Shown piece by piece: positions 24,359-36,719 of a DNA stretch of 64,000 nucleotides (its first letter is position 1; the number at the start of each line of letters is the position of its first letter). The notes beneath the pieces were generated by a model. The model had not been told where the DNA came from. It did not search any database and saw only the letters and a program-made list of their open reading frames with translations. A program made the position numbers and the translations under genes. This DNA is from Rhizodiscina lignyota (lineage: Eukaryota), in assembly GCA_010015805.1 (NCBI GenBank), contig ML978124.1:372001-436000 (forward strand). The letters run 5' to 3'.

Positions 24359-24905
24359 ATGGGTCGCATATGGAGAACTGCAAAGAGTTTCGCGAAATTT
24401 TATCACAACAACATCAAATCGAGCATCGCCCACCCGCAGTACTATACAATAACGTCAACGGTTACTGGCAGCGAGAGGGATGGATCTCCGGTGAAATCCG
24501 CATCACGCAGGGAGTTCCTCAAGAAACCATACAGGAAGATGCGGGAGTATGCATCCAGCTGCTTCACTGGAGATGATGACAGCGAATACTCCGAATCTTT
24601 TTGCAGTACCTGCTGCGCAGAACGATCGTCAACTTTCCCAAGCAGGAGCACGGTGTCTGTTGACCCAAACATGGGCTCTTCAAGCAATCTTTCATGAGCG
24701 CTATGCAAGCAATATTCACAGCATTTATCCGAGCCCTGCGGAGGCACCGGCGATAGCAGATTTGCTCGAAAGCCATCTGTTCCATTATCTATATTTATGC
24801 TTTCTCGAATCGGTTGTGCGTGGCTTACTGCAGCAGACATGGGCTGACCACGGACATTGGCTGGAAGGAAATGACGCAGGAGACGAAGATTGGTCTAATG
24901 GTTAA
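24359..24905 (+). other. Possible orphan or degenerate small gene (two overlapping ORFs in different frames)
   Basis: ATG in good context (CATCAACATGG) after a pyrimidine-rich leader. ORF 24359-24697 overlaps ORF 24549-24905. No recognisable domain or convincing intron. Confidence 0.3.
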
Positions 24906-25604
24906 TTTAAAGACATGTTTCCTGAATACTTGCTACTTGTCCCGCTGCTGCAGCACTAGTATTGCAGCGTAGAGTTAGTTATTGGTCATGATTTGTTTCG
25001 AAGTATTTTACTTCACGTATTGCTCTACTCCGTCCTCCGTCGGTCCTCATTGTTTTAGTTAGGGTTGAACAGTCGCAAATGCGATGCCAGCATGTCAATT
25101 GTGTCGAGCAATTAATAATTGGACCATATCACTAGGGCCAAAAAAAGGCCTTTGCACAGTAGATTCTGACTCAGTCGGCCGCTGTACGAGCGGCTAATTT
25201 AGTGTCTTGGAGTAGTTTATCAGTACCGTACCGAAAAATAACGATTGGTTAGCTCAATAATCGGCTCCTTGCCAGGTAGCACGCGGATCTTCTACAGCTT
25301 CGGATAGGCTCTCCAAATTGTTTGTTTTCAAACTCGGTATCTATCCCTTTTTCAGCTGAATGGTATACGCTTACGGATACGCTTACAAACCAAAATTTCG
25401 AGTTTCACCGTAAGACACTCGCTCTCTACTTCGTACACCTCCTAATAGCAATCTCAGCCTCAAGCTCCTGAAGTAGCCTCGTTCGATTTATTTGTTCTTG
25501 AGATGTGAATCCAGTATTTTCCAGAGCTACTCTGCAGCTTATCAACGGTGCTCTACTAGTTCTTTGTTCTTTAATTTCCTCCTTTCTCACTGCCTCGTGC
25601 AACG

Positions 25605-27427
25605 ATGCCCCCTGTAGTAGCGGCGGCTGCTGTTGCCTGTCTTGTCTATGTCTCGGTCCTAGTCTATCGTCTCTGTCGCAATATTCTCAATGGGAGGAAG
25701 ACTGGTCTTCCAGTTGTTGTGGTTCCTTTGGATCAGTAAGTTCAGTAACAGCGGCCAGCCGCCACCCTGCGCCAGAATGCCAATGAGAGAACAGAAATCA
25801 CATACTTTGGATGTTACTAGCGGTCCCGTGCCGCCCGACTCTAAAGCGGATCCTACCCAACTTCATCTGGGAACGTATTACGATTTCGATTTACGGCTGG
25901 GAATTCCATGAGAGGCGCAAACCGTACCAGAAGTACGCAGGCAATGGCAAATCGTTCATGCTTGCTGGCTGCGGCAAGCTGGAGCTCTGGACAGGCGATG
26001 CGGAGATGACATATGAGATTCTCAGGCGTCCACAAGACTTCGTTCAATTAGACCTTACGACGTTGTTCATGGCCCCGTTTGGACGCAACGTCCTGACTGA
26101 AGACGGAGAGAGCTGGGCTCGTCAGCGCAAGATTGTCGCTAGTGTCATCAACGAACGCATTTCCAAAGCTGTGTTTGACGAGGGTATACGACAGACTCAG
26201 CAGATGGTCGAAGAAATCTATGAGCAGGCTGCTCCAGGGCAAGTGTCAGTTGAGAGCAACCAGCTCTTCGACTCGCTCAAGAAAATCACAATTCATATCC
26301 TAAGCGGCGCTGGGATGGGAGCTAGTGTTCCATGGAAGAATGGAGATGGCGAGAAGCCAAAGCCGGGCTTCAAGATGAGCTACATCGACACTGTCAAGGC
26401 TGTCATCTATGCCGTTACGGGCCCGATACTCTTACCCACATGGTTGTTATTACGATGGCCAAGCTGGCTGCCAGGACACGACAAGTTGACCGAACTCGGT
26501 TGTGCCAAGGTCGAATTTCCGAAGCATACAGCCCTCATGCTCGAGGAAGAGAGACTGCGAAGCGAGTCCAGCAAGGGAAAGTCGCGGAGCAATATCATGA
26601 GTCAGTTGCTCCAGGCATCTCAGCAGGAGCAAGCGCACAAACGCTTGAGCGATGAAGAGATGATGGGTAATCTCTTCGTATTCACAGCGGCAGGCTTTGA
26701 CACCACCGCCAATACTCTTTCATTTGCATTAATGTTCCTTGCACGCTACCCGCAGTGGCACGACTGGCTTCTCGAAGAGATTGACGAGATCATGCCGACA
26801 AATCCTGATGAGACGCTTGATTATTCGACAAGCTACCCGCGAGCACAGAGGATCATGGCATTCATGCTGGAGACGCTACGGCTTTGCCCTGCGCTCATTC
26901 ACATTGCGAAGATGACGAATGGACCCCAAACTATTACGACATCCAGTGGCACGTACTGCTTTCCTCCAATGACGACTGTCTATGGCAACGTTGTCATGCT
27001 ACACTTAGACCCCGAAGTCTGGCGCGACGTCAACCATGCATCTGATCCAGACTTTGTACGCCAGTCAAAGGATGATAGAGATGACGAATTCCACTTCCGT
27101 CCATCACGCTGGATCAATCCCTCAAGCTCGCCGCAGCCCTTTTTCCAGCCTCGCAAGGGCTCCTTCGTTCCTTGGTCAGCTGGCCCGCGCGTCTGTCCTG
27201 GACAGAAGATGGCACAAGTGGAATTTACGGCAGTCATGCTTGCACTTCTCCGTCGTCATCGCATAGACGCTGTACCAATCGGTCAAGAAACGTTAACAGA
27301 GACCGAGGCAAGGCTAGATGCAACAATCCAGGACAGCATTAGTATCCTGACTTTACAAATGAATGCTGTTTACGACGTCGGGGATAGCGGAAAGGGCGTG
27401 AACCTAAGGGTCAGTCTACGTAAATAA
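25605..27427 (+). CDS. Cytochrome P450 monooxygenase
   Basis: Hydrophobic anchor MPPVVAAAAVACLVYV, intron 25736-25794; AGFDTT (I-helix), ETLR, FRPSRW, heme motif PWSAGPRVCPG. Confidence 0.96.
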
Positions 27428-28233
27428 ATTAACTCACCAGGAGTATCATAATGATCTCAATTTGAATTATTCGCAGTTGAATATCTATAATCCCAGGAGC
27501 TGAGGTCTCAGAGCTCGATTTTAAGCTAGTGACCTCGATGTTTTGCAAACCAGGAGGTCTTTAACCGAGTACTTTCGTACCGTCTCCTGTGCTAAGTTTA
27601 GCGTGGAAAATCTTCTCATTGATCGACCACTTTGACACCGTATCATGTTCAAAATTCCTCCACATGACATCAATAATTCAACTAGCAATGATGAGATCAT
27701 CAGAAATCAATAGACAATCGAACCGAATCTCCTTCGACGCCTTTCCCCGTTAACAGTTGGCACGGAGCCCGCCGTGCTTAAACGGTGCGACCCGTAAGAG
27801 ACTCGCTACAGTCTGCCCTCCTTTGATTGGACAACGTGAACAATTAAATTGATTCTAAAACGACACGGGAAAAAACTTCGGTTCATGGAAAAGTCCCGCC
27901 CGGAGGCGGCCAAGCAGCGACGTCGCAATAACGCAATTGGACTGAGAGTCCACTCAGTCGCATGGCGAACGGCAATCGGCACGAACGTTCTGCTGCGAAT
28001 GTGACTAGGCTAAGGAGTGAATTTTACCTAACTCGGCCGAAGATGAGAAGTCATGAAGAAATGGAATTCTCATTACTTAAACACCCTCGGTCCTCAGTAG
28101 CCATTTTGTCTTCTCCCCTCTCGTATTTCAATTCCAATCAAAAGTTGAGCAGAGCAACTACAGTCATTAGAGAGCACCCGTACAGTATAATAACGTTCAT
28201 CCTGTCTCATTTTGTACTCCAAATTCACCGCAC

Positions 28234-29793
28234 ATGAATACAACTTCCAACGGCAGCAAGCCAGGACCAACTACAGCCAGCAATATCCAGATAACCCCTC
28301 CAGGTCTGCCTGAGCCCGTGCCAGGATGTCCAGCTCATATCGACTATCCTCAACGAGTAACCGGGGAAAACAAGTCCTCAGTCCCTATTGACGTGGATGT
28401 GGGGAACGAAAAGACAATCGAGGCCAGCGATGAGACATCTACTTCAGTTGGTCCAGGTTCGCGGTCGTTCGGCCATTCTGATGGGCACACTTACCCCGAA
28501 GGCGGGCTTCAAGCATGGTTGGTCGTTGCTGGTGCCTTCGCTGCTATGCTTTCTTCGTTAGGGGTAATGAATACACGTATGTTATACATTTACCATTGTT
28601 CCTCATTGAAATGCTGACCCGTCCATCTAGTTGGTGTTTTCCAGGCCTATATCAGCACCCACCAGCTGGCAGACTACGATGAAAGTGCAATAGGATGGAT
28701 CTTCTCCGTCTACGCTTTCTTCGCCTTCTTCTGCGGCGTGCAAATTGGCCCGATTTTTGATGCCAAAGGACCCCGCCTGCTCATCCTCTCCGGCAGCATA
28801 CTTGTCGTCCTCTCTATGATGCTCCTTGGCATCTGCACCAAGTACTGGCACTTCATGCTAAACTTTGGCGTTATTAATGGAGTTGGCTGTTCGCTTCTCT
28901 TCACACCGGCTATGACTTCCATTGGGCATTTCTTCATGGTAAAGCGAGGCGGGGCGACCGGTTTGGCAGCCGCTGGTGGATCGCTCGGTGGGATCATCTT
29001 TCCACTGATGCTGCAATCTCTCCTTCCCAAGGTCGGCTGGGCCTGGTCCACTCGTATTCTCGGTTTTATCCTCATGTTCCTTTGCCTCATCGCCAATCTG
29101 CTTATCAGAAGCCGGTTACCGCCAAAGGAAGGTGGTTCAGTCATGCCCGACATTCGCATCTTCACGAACCTCCCTTTCCTGTACACCTCTCTCAGTATTT
29201 TCTTCATGGAATGGGGCCTCTTCGTTCCCGTCACATACCTCATTTCTTACTCACTCTCTTCTGGAGCCATCAACACGACACTCAGCTACCAGATCATGGC
29301 AATATTCAATACGGGATCGTGCTTCGGCCGGTACCTGCCTGGAATTTTCGCAGACATGATCGGCCGCTTCAATGCCATGTTCTGGACACTTGCACTGTGC
29401 GGTCTCACAACACTGGTGTTGTGGCTTCCTGCGACTATCCTGCCTCTTGTAAATGAGGGAGCTCAACCGAGTCGAGCCATCGAGCCACTCGTCATCATCT
29501 ACTCACTGTTATTTGGCTTTGCATCTGGTAGCAACATCTCCTTGACTCCGGTGTGCGTCGGTCAGCTCTGCGACACCAACGAATACGGGAGATACTATGC
29601 TACCTGCTATTGTTTCGTTTCGTTCGCAACGCTGACGGGCATCCCGATCGCAGGATCTATTCTGCAAGCATGCGCTAACAGCTACTGGGGAGTTGTTGTC
29701 TTTACCGGAGCATCCTATGTTGTCGCGGTGGCCTTTATCATTGCCGCGAGGGCTCTCCGGGTCGGGGGTTGGATGAAGTGGGTGAGGTATTGA
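28234..29793 (+). CDS. MFS monocarboxylate-transporter family permease (Mch5/MCT-like)
   Basis: [12 protein letters not shown] motif, intron 28577-28630, [25 protein letters not shown]; about 12 hydrophobic segments. Confidence 0.94.
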
Positions 29794-30113
29794 TTACATC
29801 GTTTCCAGACTTGAAAGACTTGATTCATTGCATTGGCATACATGGTAAATATTCACCTTGGCATTCAAACATCGATAACATAGCGTTCTGTGCATAAATG
29901 GCGTTACTTGGGGGATCGGTATTTGATGATATGGAAAATTATGAGATCAACGACGAGCATGTTCTTGAAAGAAAAGTTACCGCGATGATCAGGGGAAGGG
30001 AAGCGACTATGAAAATTGATAAACAGATAACGAAATAAGCAGTTCTGAGAGCTTAAGCTTTCTCCTCGCTTTACCCTGCGCGAAATCCCTTTGCAATGCA
30101 TGTTTTGAATATG

Positions 30114-30526
30114 ATTAACCGGGGATGAGGAATGAGCGCGCTTACCTATCGATTGCTGTATATATAAAGTCAAAGGACTACAGTATGTTAAGGTGGATAC
30201 CGAAAGACCTAGAATGAGCAAAGAGGAAATTTTGCCGCTTTGAAGATATCGGCTGGCATCGACCCGAAGCGCAGCCAAGGCTCACGATGGCTGGCTTGCG
30301 CTCACGCCGACATCCCCGCCGAAAGCTCTACCACCCACCGGCGGAGAAATTATCGGTAGCACAGCATGTTGAGGCTAGTAAGTCAGGCACGCGGTTACAT
30401 CGTGACCCACATACACCCAATCATCATACCAAGGACCCTGCCGTGGGTCCGTTGAGCCTTCACGTCCTGACACGTAGAAATCTCTCCCGCGTAGCGCCTC
30501 ACGATTTCTTTACGAGGTCAGGCTAA
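30114..30526. promoter_or_regulatory. Putative AraR/XlnR and CreA sites upstream of ladA
   Basis: CGGTTAAT (minus strand, 30114-30121), GCGGAG (SYGGRG, 30342), GGCTAG (30373), GGCTAA (30521). Confidence 0.45.
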
Positions 30527-30625
30527 GTACCTCGAGCTGCAGCTGCCCCTTCGTTTCTTCCATTTCATCTGCGCTCTGTACACTTAGCTCAATTACTATA
30601 CTCTTGCCCTCGGAGACCGCCTAGC

Positions 30626-31837
30626 ATGTCATCTACCACCACCGAGACGGTGGTCAAACCGTCCAAACCAAACATCGGCGTCTACACTAACCCGCAGCAT
30701 GAGCTCTGGGTTGCCGACGCAGCGCCTTCATTAGAGGACTTGGATAAAGAGGACAATCTCAAGCCAGGCGAAGTCACAATTGCAGTCAAAAGCACTGGCA
30801 TATGTGGGTATGTTGTAGCAACCAATCCACCATTATTTGCCACAATTGCGCAGCGCACCTCCCAAGCGTCGCTTGAAGCTGACATCCATCGATATCGCAG
30901 ATCCGATGTCCACTTCTGGCATGCCGGTCGCATTGGTCCTATGGTTGTCACAGACTCGCACATCCTCGGTCACGAATCATGCGGTGTCATTATTCGCACT
31001 CATCCTTCTGTCACCTCCCTCAAGCTAGGCGACCGCGTTGCCATCGAGCCCAATATCCCCTGCTTTGCCTGCGAGCCTTGCCTCACCGGTCGTTACAACG
31101 GCTGCGAATCCGTTGAGTTCCTCTCCACCCCGCCCGTCCCTGGACTGCTGCGAAGATACGTCAACCACCCCGCTGTATGGTGCCACAAGTTACCAGATAG
31201 CATGACCTGGGAGGAAGGCGCGCTCCTGGAGCCGCTGAGCGTCGCCCTGGCCGGGCTGCAAAGAGCCAAGGTCATGCTGGGCGATCCAGTATTGGTGTGC
31301 GGAGCGGGACCAATTGGATTGGTGACGCTGGCGTGTGTGAAAGCTGCCGGCTGCGAGCCACTGGTGGTGACTGATATCGATGAAGGACGGTTAAAGTTTG
31401 CGAAAGAACTCGTTCCGTCTGCGCGGACGCTGAAGGTCGAGATTGGGGAAAGCGCAGAGCAATTCGCCGCGCGAGTGAGAGAGCTCATGGGTGGTGTGGA
31501 ACCAAGCTGCGCGATTGAGTGCACCGGGGTCGAGAGTAGCATTACCGGAGCAATTCAAGCACTTAAGTTTGGCGGGAAAGTGTTCGTAACGGGAGTGGGT
31601 AGGGAAGAGATCAAGTTTCCATTCATGAGGTGTAGCACAAGAGAGATTGATGTGCAGTTTCAGTATCGGTACGCGAATACGTGGCCGAGAGCCATCAGAC
31701 TGGTGCAGGGTGGAGTCGTTGATCTGAGGAAGCTGGTCACGCACAAGTTCAAGCTTGAGGAAGCTACAGAGGCGTTCAAGACGGCGGCGGATGTCAAGAG
31801 TGGCGCTATTAAAGTTATGATCCAGAGCCTGGACTAA
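30626..31837 (+). CDS. ladA: L-arabitol 4-dehydrogenase
   Basis: [15 protein letters not shown] start, TGICG|SDVHFW across intron 30808-30900, [40 protein letters not shown]. Confidence 0.95.
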   Translation: MSSTTTETVVKPSKPNIGVYTNPQHELWVADAAPSLEDLDKEDNLKPGEVTIAVKSTGICGYVVATNPPLFATIAQRTSQASLEADIHRYRRSDVHFWHAGRIGPMVVTDSHILGHESCGVIIRTHPSVTSLKLGDRVAIEPNIPCFACEPCLTGRYNGCESVEFLSTPPVPGLLRRYVNHPAVWCHKLPDSMTWEEGALLEPLSVALAGLQRAKVMLGDPVLVCGAGPIGLVTLACVKAAGCEPLVVTDIDEGRLKFAKELVPSARTLKVEIGESAEQFAARVRELMGGVEPSCAIECTGVESSITGAIQALKFGGKVFVTGVGREEIKFPFMRCSTREIDVQFQYRYANTWPRAIRLVQGGVVDLRKLVTHKFKLEEATEAFKTAADVKSGAIKVMIQSLD

Positions 31838-32827
31838 CTTGTATACTTTGAGCATGCATACTTTTGATGTATTGATTGAATGTACGAAGGAGCTAGTTTC
31901 CCGTAGCGAACAGTCTATAGAGCCGTTCTATTATATTCGCCTTCGGCCTTTCTAAGAAACTTCCGCATGAGTGAGTTTGCATTCGAGATCGTCAGCCTTA
32001 GAAGATTTGCGTCCCGTTGTTATGGAAAAGAGACGCTGTTATAGGTCTCATCCGCTCACGAGAAGCTAGCTCCTTCGTATTTGCAGTCTCCCCTAGAGGT
32101 TTAGAATCAAATTGATTGAATGGGTTAAAGGTCGTTGTTTGAGTCTAAGATTACTGCGGTGGTATGCTGAACGGGTTGACTGGTGCGGCGTCCCGTTGAA
32201 CATGTTTGAGGAATCAGCAGCGTCGGTTTTTTGGCGTCCTTGCGCGTCGTCGAAACGTGTGTGCAAAGCAGAATTGAAGGTCCAGTTTGGCGGGAGATAT
32301 CTCGATATATAGTATACTCCATACATGAACCCCTACGACTTTGTCAGTACTGTTCAGAGCAGGGCAGGCCACGGCGTTACCCGGAGCGATTGGCTGTTCG
32401 GAGTCCGCGAAAATATTTCGCCGGCGGCTTTGATGTGCGGATGACATAATCAACAGCTTGAGCTTTGAAGCCCGCGCGCGTCAGGCGCGTGGTAACGTCA
32501 ACGTCCACCCGCCAAGAGCTCCCTTCAAACCTTATTAAATAAAAAATCTACGGTCAACAACAACCCCACTTCTTTCCCTACACAACCCTCACCAACTCTA
32601 AAACCCACACAACCTTCACCCACGAATTTCCACTCTCAAAAACACGCTTCCCCGCTGCCACCTTTTCACCCTCGATCAACACTCAAAACTTCCTCAAAAC
32701 TTCCGATCGAGAACACTTCCACTTTGTGTAGGACAGTGACAAGAAAGCAGAACGACGAATTTGATTGGGAGTGTACGCGCCTTGAGAGTGCCGCGTCAAT
32801 ACGCCTGACTGAGCTGGAGAGGTCGAG

Positions 32828-35800
32828 ATGTCGAAGAGAGAGGCAGGCCCTCCGGCCACCCAAGAGGATATGCAAGATGACTTCGAAACAAGATTTTGGG
32901 CTGCTACAGAGAAGGAACGGAAGGACTGGGAGATCGATTTGATCAGGAAGATCTCGGCGCGCTCGCAAGGCAGCGTCCACGACAAGGAGGAATGGCAAGA
33001 ATCCTACAACCAGCTCCAAGGCTTCAAAAGGAAAGGACCGCCTCCACCGCCTCCACTGCCTCCACCACCGAGAGCCACTGCTGCCGTCATGGCTTCGCGA
33101 AGGTGAGTTGTGTGTTTGTTTCCTCCCCTCGTCATTGCCCGGAAAGCTCCGCGGGCGCAAAACTTTTGTGCCACGAAGCTATCCAATGTGTTAGCTTTGT
33201 CACTTGACCACGGCGCTGTTTCATAAGATCTATGTAATGAGCTTGTCATGAGTCCTCTGCTATTGTTCCAGCCACCCGCATTTGCCAGCTTCAAACCCAA
33301 CCCCATCAAACTTTTTCTCTTATAACAACCCACACTCACCACTACTCAACAGAACCGCGCCTCTGAAGAAGAGAAATAACTTTGGTGCTGCTGGTATGAA
33401 CTTCCATGCACCCAAAAGTCAATTTGCATTTACGCCCGCCATAGACCCCGCAAACATGGGCAATCCGCCCTCACCATCAAAAGAGAATTCGAGCTTTGGC
33501 GCTGCTGGTACGATATTCAATGCCCCTAAAAGTAAATTTACATTTACTCCTGCAACAGATTCCAACCCGTTCGGTGCCGCGCCACCGTCGCAGAATGATG
33601 TTCAGCAGCAGCAGGCGAATCCCTTTGGTGCCGCGCCACCACCGCAGAACGATGTCCAGCAGCAGACGAATCCCTTTGGTGCCGCGCCACCACCGCAGAA
33701 CGATGTCCAGCAGCAGGCGAATCCCTTTGGTGCCGCGTCACCATCGGTGATTGATGCCCAGCAGCAGCCGCAAGCATCGACGAATCCCTTTGGTGCCGCG
33801 TCACCATCGGTGATCGATGTTCAGCAGCAGCCGCAGCCACTGCAACAGGCCGATACTGACCGCGACATGAGCCTCCAGGTCGAGCAACAAGCTCTCCCTC
33901 AACACTTTCCACAGCTCTCGCCTGACGTCAACATGGCCCTGCATACCTTGCAACAGGCATTCGACATACATCTTCCACTAGATGTCAATGTGGCGCTCCA
34001 AATGGTGCGGCAATACGTTCAGCAACATGTGGTCCCTCCGAGAGTGCCTTTACCGCAATGGTCGAACGATGTGCTTGGGAACTGCCAGCACCCTCCCGAT
34101 AACCTTGTCCGTACCTTCCCCTGGACTTGGTCTCCTTCAGAGCAGAAGCGCACCAACGATCGGCAGCATGTCGTGGAGCAAAATCATACCAACGATCGAC
34201 AGCACGTCGACGAGCAAAAGCGGACCATTGACGAGCTAAATCGCGTCATCCAAGAGTCAAATTGCCTAATTGATGAGCAAAGGCAAGGCATCGACGTCCA
34301 AAAGCGCACCATCGCCGAGCAAAACCGCGGCATCGAGAACCAAAAGCGCATAATCGCTGAGAACGCTTGGCTCGTTGATTCGCAAAACCAGCGAATCAGC
34401 GAGCACTTTCGCAACATCGAGGAGCAGAAGCATGCCATTGCTGAGCAAAAACGCATCCTCGATGATCAACAGCGCCAGATCGATAATCAGCAGCGCAACC
34501 TCGATGAGCAGAAGCGCAACTTCGATGAACAACAGCATGTCATCGATGGACGAAAGCGCAAACTTGACGAAGAGCAGCATGTCATCGACGAGCGAAAGAG
34601 GCAAAAGCGTGCCGACGAGCACAAGCGTCGTAACCTCAAGCCAGAGGATTGGAAGTCCTTCACTAAGGATCAGAAGGCTGAATTGGTCTTCCTTTCGTTC
34701 CAAGCAAAGCTTGAGGCTGCACCACATGCGAGCCTCGCGTTCCGACTCGCCCTCGGAAAGCAGTTTATGAACATTCTGGAAGCGATCGGCATGAACAGTC
34801 TCGAGGCGACAGAACTTACACCTGGCCTCACTGTACCTCCTACCACCTCATCATCTGGTCCTAATTCATCGGCTCCCATGCCAAACGTCGCTCCGTCGGC
34901 TCCCATGCCAAGCTTTGCTCCATCGACTGCCATGCTAAGCTCTGCTCCGTCGGCTGCCATGCCAAACGTCACTCCCTCGGCTCCCATGGCAAACGTCGCT
35001 CCATCGGCTGCCATGCCAAGCTTTGCTCCATCGACTGCCATGCTAGGCTTTGCTCCGTCGGCTGCCATGCCGAATCCTGCTTCGTCGGCTGCCATGCCGA
35101 ATCTTGCTCCGTCGGCTGCCATGCCAACCCTAGCTCCATCGGCTGCCATGCCGAATGCAGCTGGCTCACAGACATCCTCGCTCTTCAGGGGCGTGTTACA
35201 GAACAGACAAGGTACCCTTCAAGCCCCCGCCGCTTTCCCTGGAGAGAAGCGCAAGCGTACGGATGATGCCGTAAGCACAGAGGCTGAGGACGTTGCTGCT
35301 GCATCGCATGATGCCAAGCGCAAGCGTACGGATGACGACGCAGGTGTAGAGGCGTCTCCCTTAGCTGGAGACGTCGCTCCCTCGTCCGCTCCTACGTCGG
35401 CGCTCGAGGTGTCTCCCGACCCAGCAGCAACGCCCAGTGAAGCAGAGCGCCAGCATGCGGGCGACGACGGTGTAGAGGCGCCACCACCTAGTGGAGGCGT
35501 CGCTCCCTCGTCCGCTCCGACACCAGCGAGCGTGTTCTCCTCTGTGCTTGACAGCGCACATCTCCGGGCGCCGCACATCGCCAGAGACAACATCTTTGGC
35601 CACCTCTCGGACAGGGATTCTGCGGCGGAGAGCAAGAAGGGCTTCGCTGACGATGAGGAGTCGAGTGGCGACGATGGACCTCCTCCTCGCCGTATCCCGC
35701 CACAAGCACCGGGCCGCAGCTTGTTCGAGCGCATCCAGCGCGTCCCAGACGTGTCTGGCACCGAGAGCGCGGACACTGGCGCGGATACTGGCGAGGAGGA

Positions 35801-36158
35801 GCCGGCGCAGAACGACGCGCAGACGGACCTGGTGGGGTTGGAGAAAGAGAAGGAAGGCAGCGATGTCCTCTTTGAGGCTTCCAATGCCGCGTTCTACCGT
35901 CTGGACAAGCAGGCCTGGGCAAAGAAAGGCCTGGGCTCCCTTCTCGTACTGAAGGACCAGCAGACGGGCGCGCGCAGGATCCTCATGAAGACCGTGCCAG
36001 GGGGTAGGGTGGTGGTGAACACGCTGGTGGGTCCCCACGGGGGGTACAGGGTCGCAAGGCCCAAGCAGGTGACGCTGGTGGTGGGGGAGAGTGGTCCTTG
36101 CAGCCTTCGCTTTGGCTCCGCAGAGGAGGCGGAGGGTTTCGTGAAAGCATGTCTGTAG
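32828..36158 (+). CDS. NUP2: Nup2/Nup50-family nucleoporin with C-terminal Ran-binding domain and expanded internal repeats
   Basis: Exon 32828-33102 (MSKREA...RATAAVMASR), intron 33103-33352 (GTGAGT..CAG), exon 2 in frame. FG/NPFG motifs, NIFGHLS, RSLFERI, RanBD-like LFEAS..WAKKGLGSLLVLKDQQTGARRILMK. Confidence 0.78.
33563..33835 (+). repeat. Coding tandem repeat, 5 x 51-63 nt (NPFGAA-PPPQNDVQQQ)
   Basis: Unit starts at about 33563, 33617, 33668, 33719 and 33782; the middle copies are near-identical at DNA level. Confidence 0.92.
34140..34630 (+). repeat. Degenerate 21-nt/heptad coding repeat (IDEQKRx) forming a coiled coil
   Basis: Recurrent GA(C/T)GAGCA(A/G)AAGCG units; protein IDEQRQG IDVQKRT IAEQNRG IENQKRI. 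Confidence 0.8.
34866..35156 (+). repeat. Coding minisatellite, about 11 x 27 nt (APSAAMPNx)
   Basis: ATG codons spaced 27 nt apart (34878, 34905, ...); consensus GCTCC(G/A)TCGGCTGCCATGCC. Confidence 0.93.
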
Positions 36159-36719
36159 AGCAGCTGCGGAACCAGAGCGGAGGTTGTAGGGACGGTGGAG
36201 GGGAGTGTATATGAGGGGGATGGCGGGGTGGACATAGGCACAAGCAAATCAATACCATTCTTATCAAAGTCGTCCAATGTCTATAACAATGGCAAAATAA
36301 AACAGAGTCACAGGCGAACTGGTAGGCTTGCTACGGAGAAGTACGCACGTGACGTAATAAACCAGGTGGCGAATATCACAATCGAACCACGTGCGTCCCT
36401 TCTTTAGGGGCTTAGGACTTAGCGAGGAAATCTAACAGAGGCAGGGCCTAACTTGGTGAGAGTATATAGGGCATATGCATACGGGCAGCCATCAGTATGT
36501 ACTCTTCTAGCGGAAGAGTTACATTATGCCGAGCGTCTGCGACTGTAGTCATCAAAAGAATAGTAGCTCTACCAGAGTCGTCCAATCTCTGTAGACAATA
36601 ACAAAACAGTCCTGAATCAAGCTTTCATTGATGCTCTCATTCGTGTTGAAGAATACATTTCGTGTTGAAGAATAAGACTCCTCCGTGCTACACCAGTTCG
36701 CCTCTGAAGTGGCCGTGGC

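Noticed and set aside
33563..35156. Tandem repeats as a CRISPR array or transposon
   Set aside because: No unique spacers, unit lengths are multiples of three inside a eukaryotic ORF, and there is no transposase or terminal repeat.
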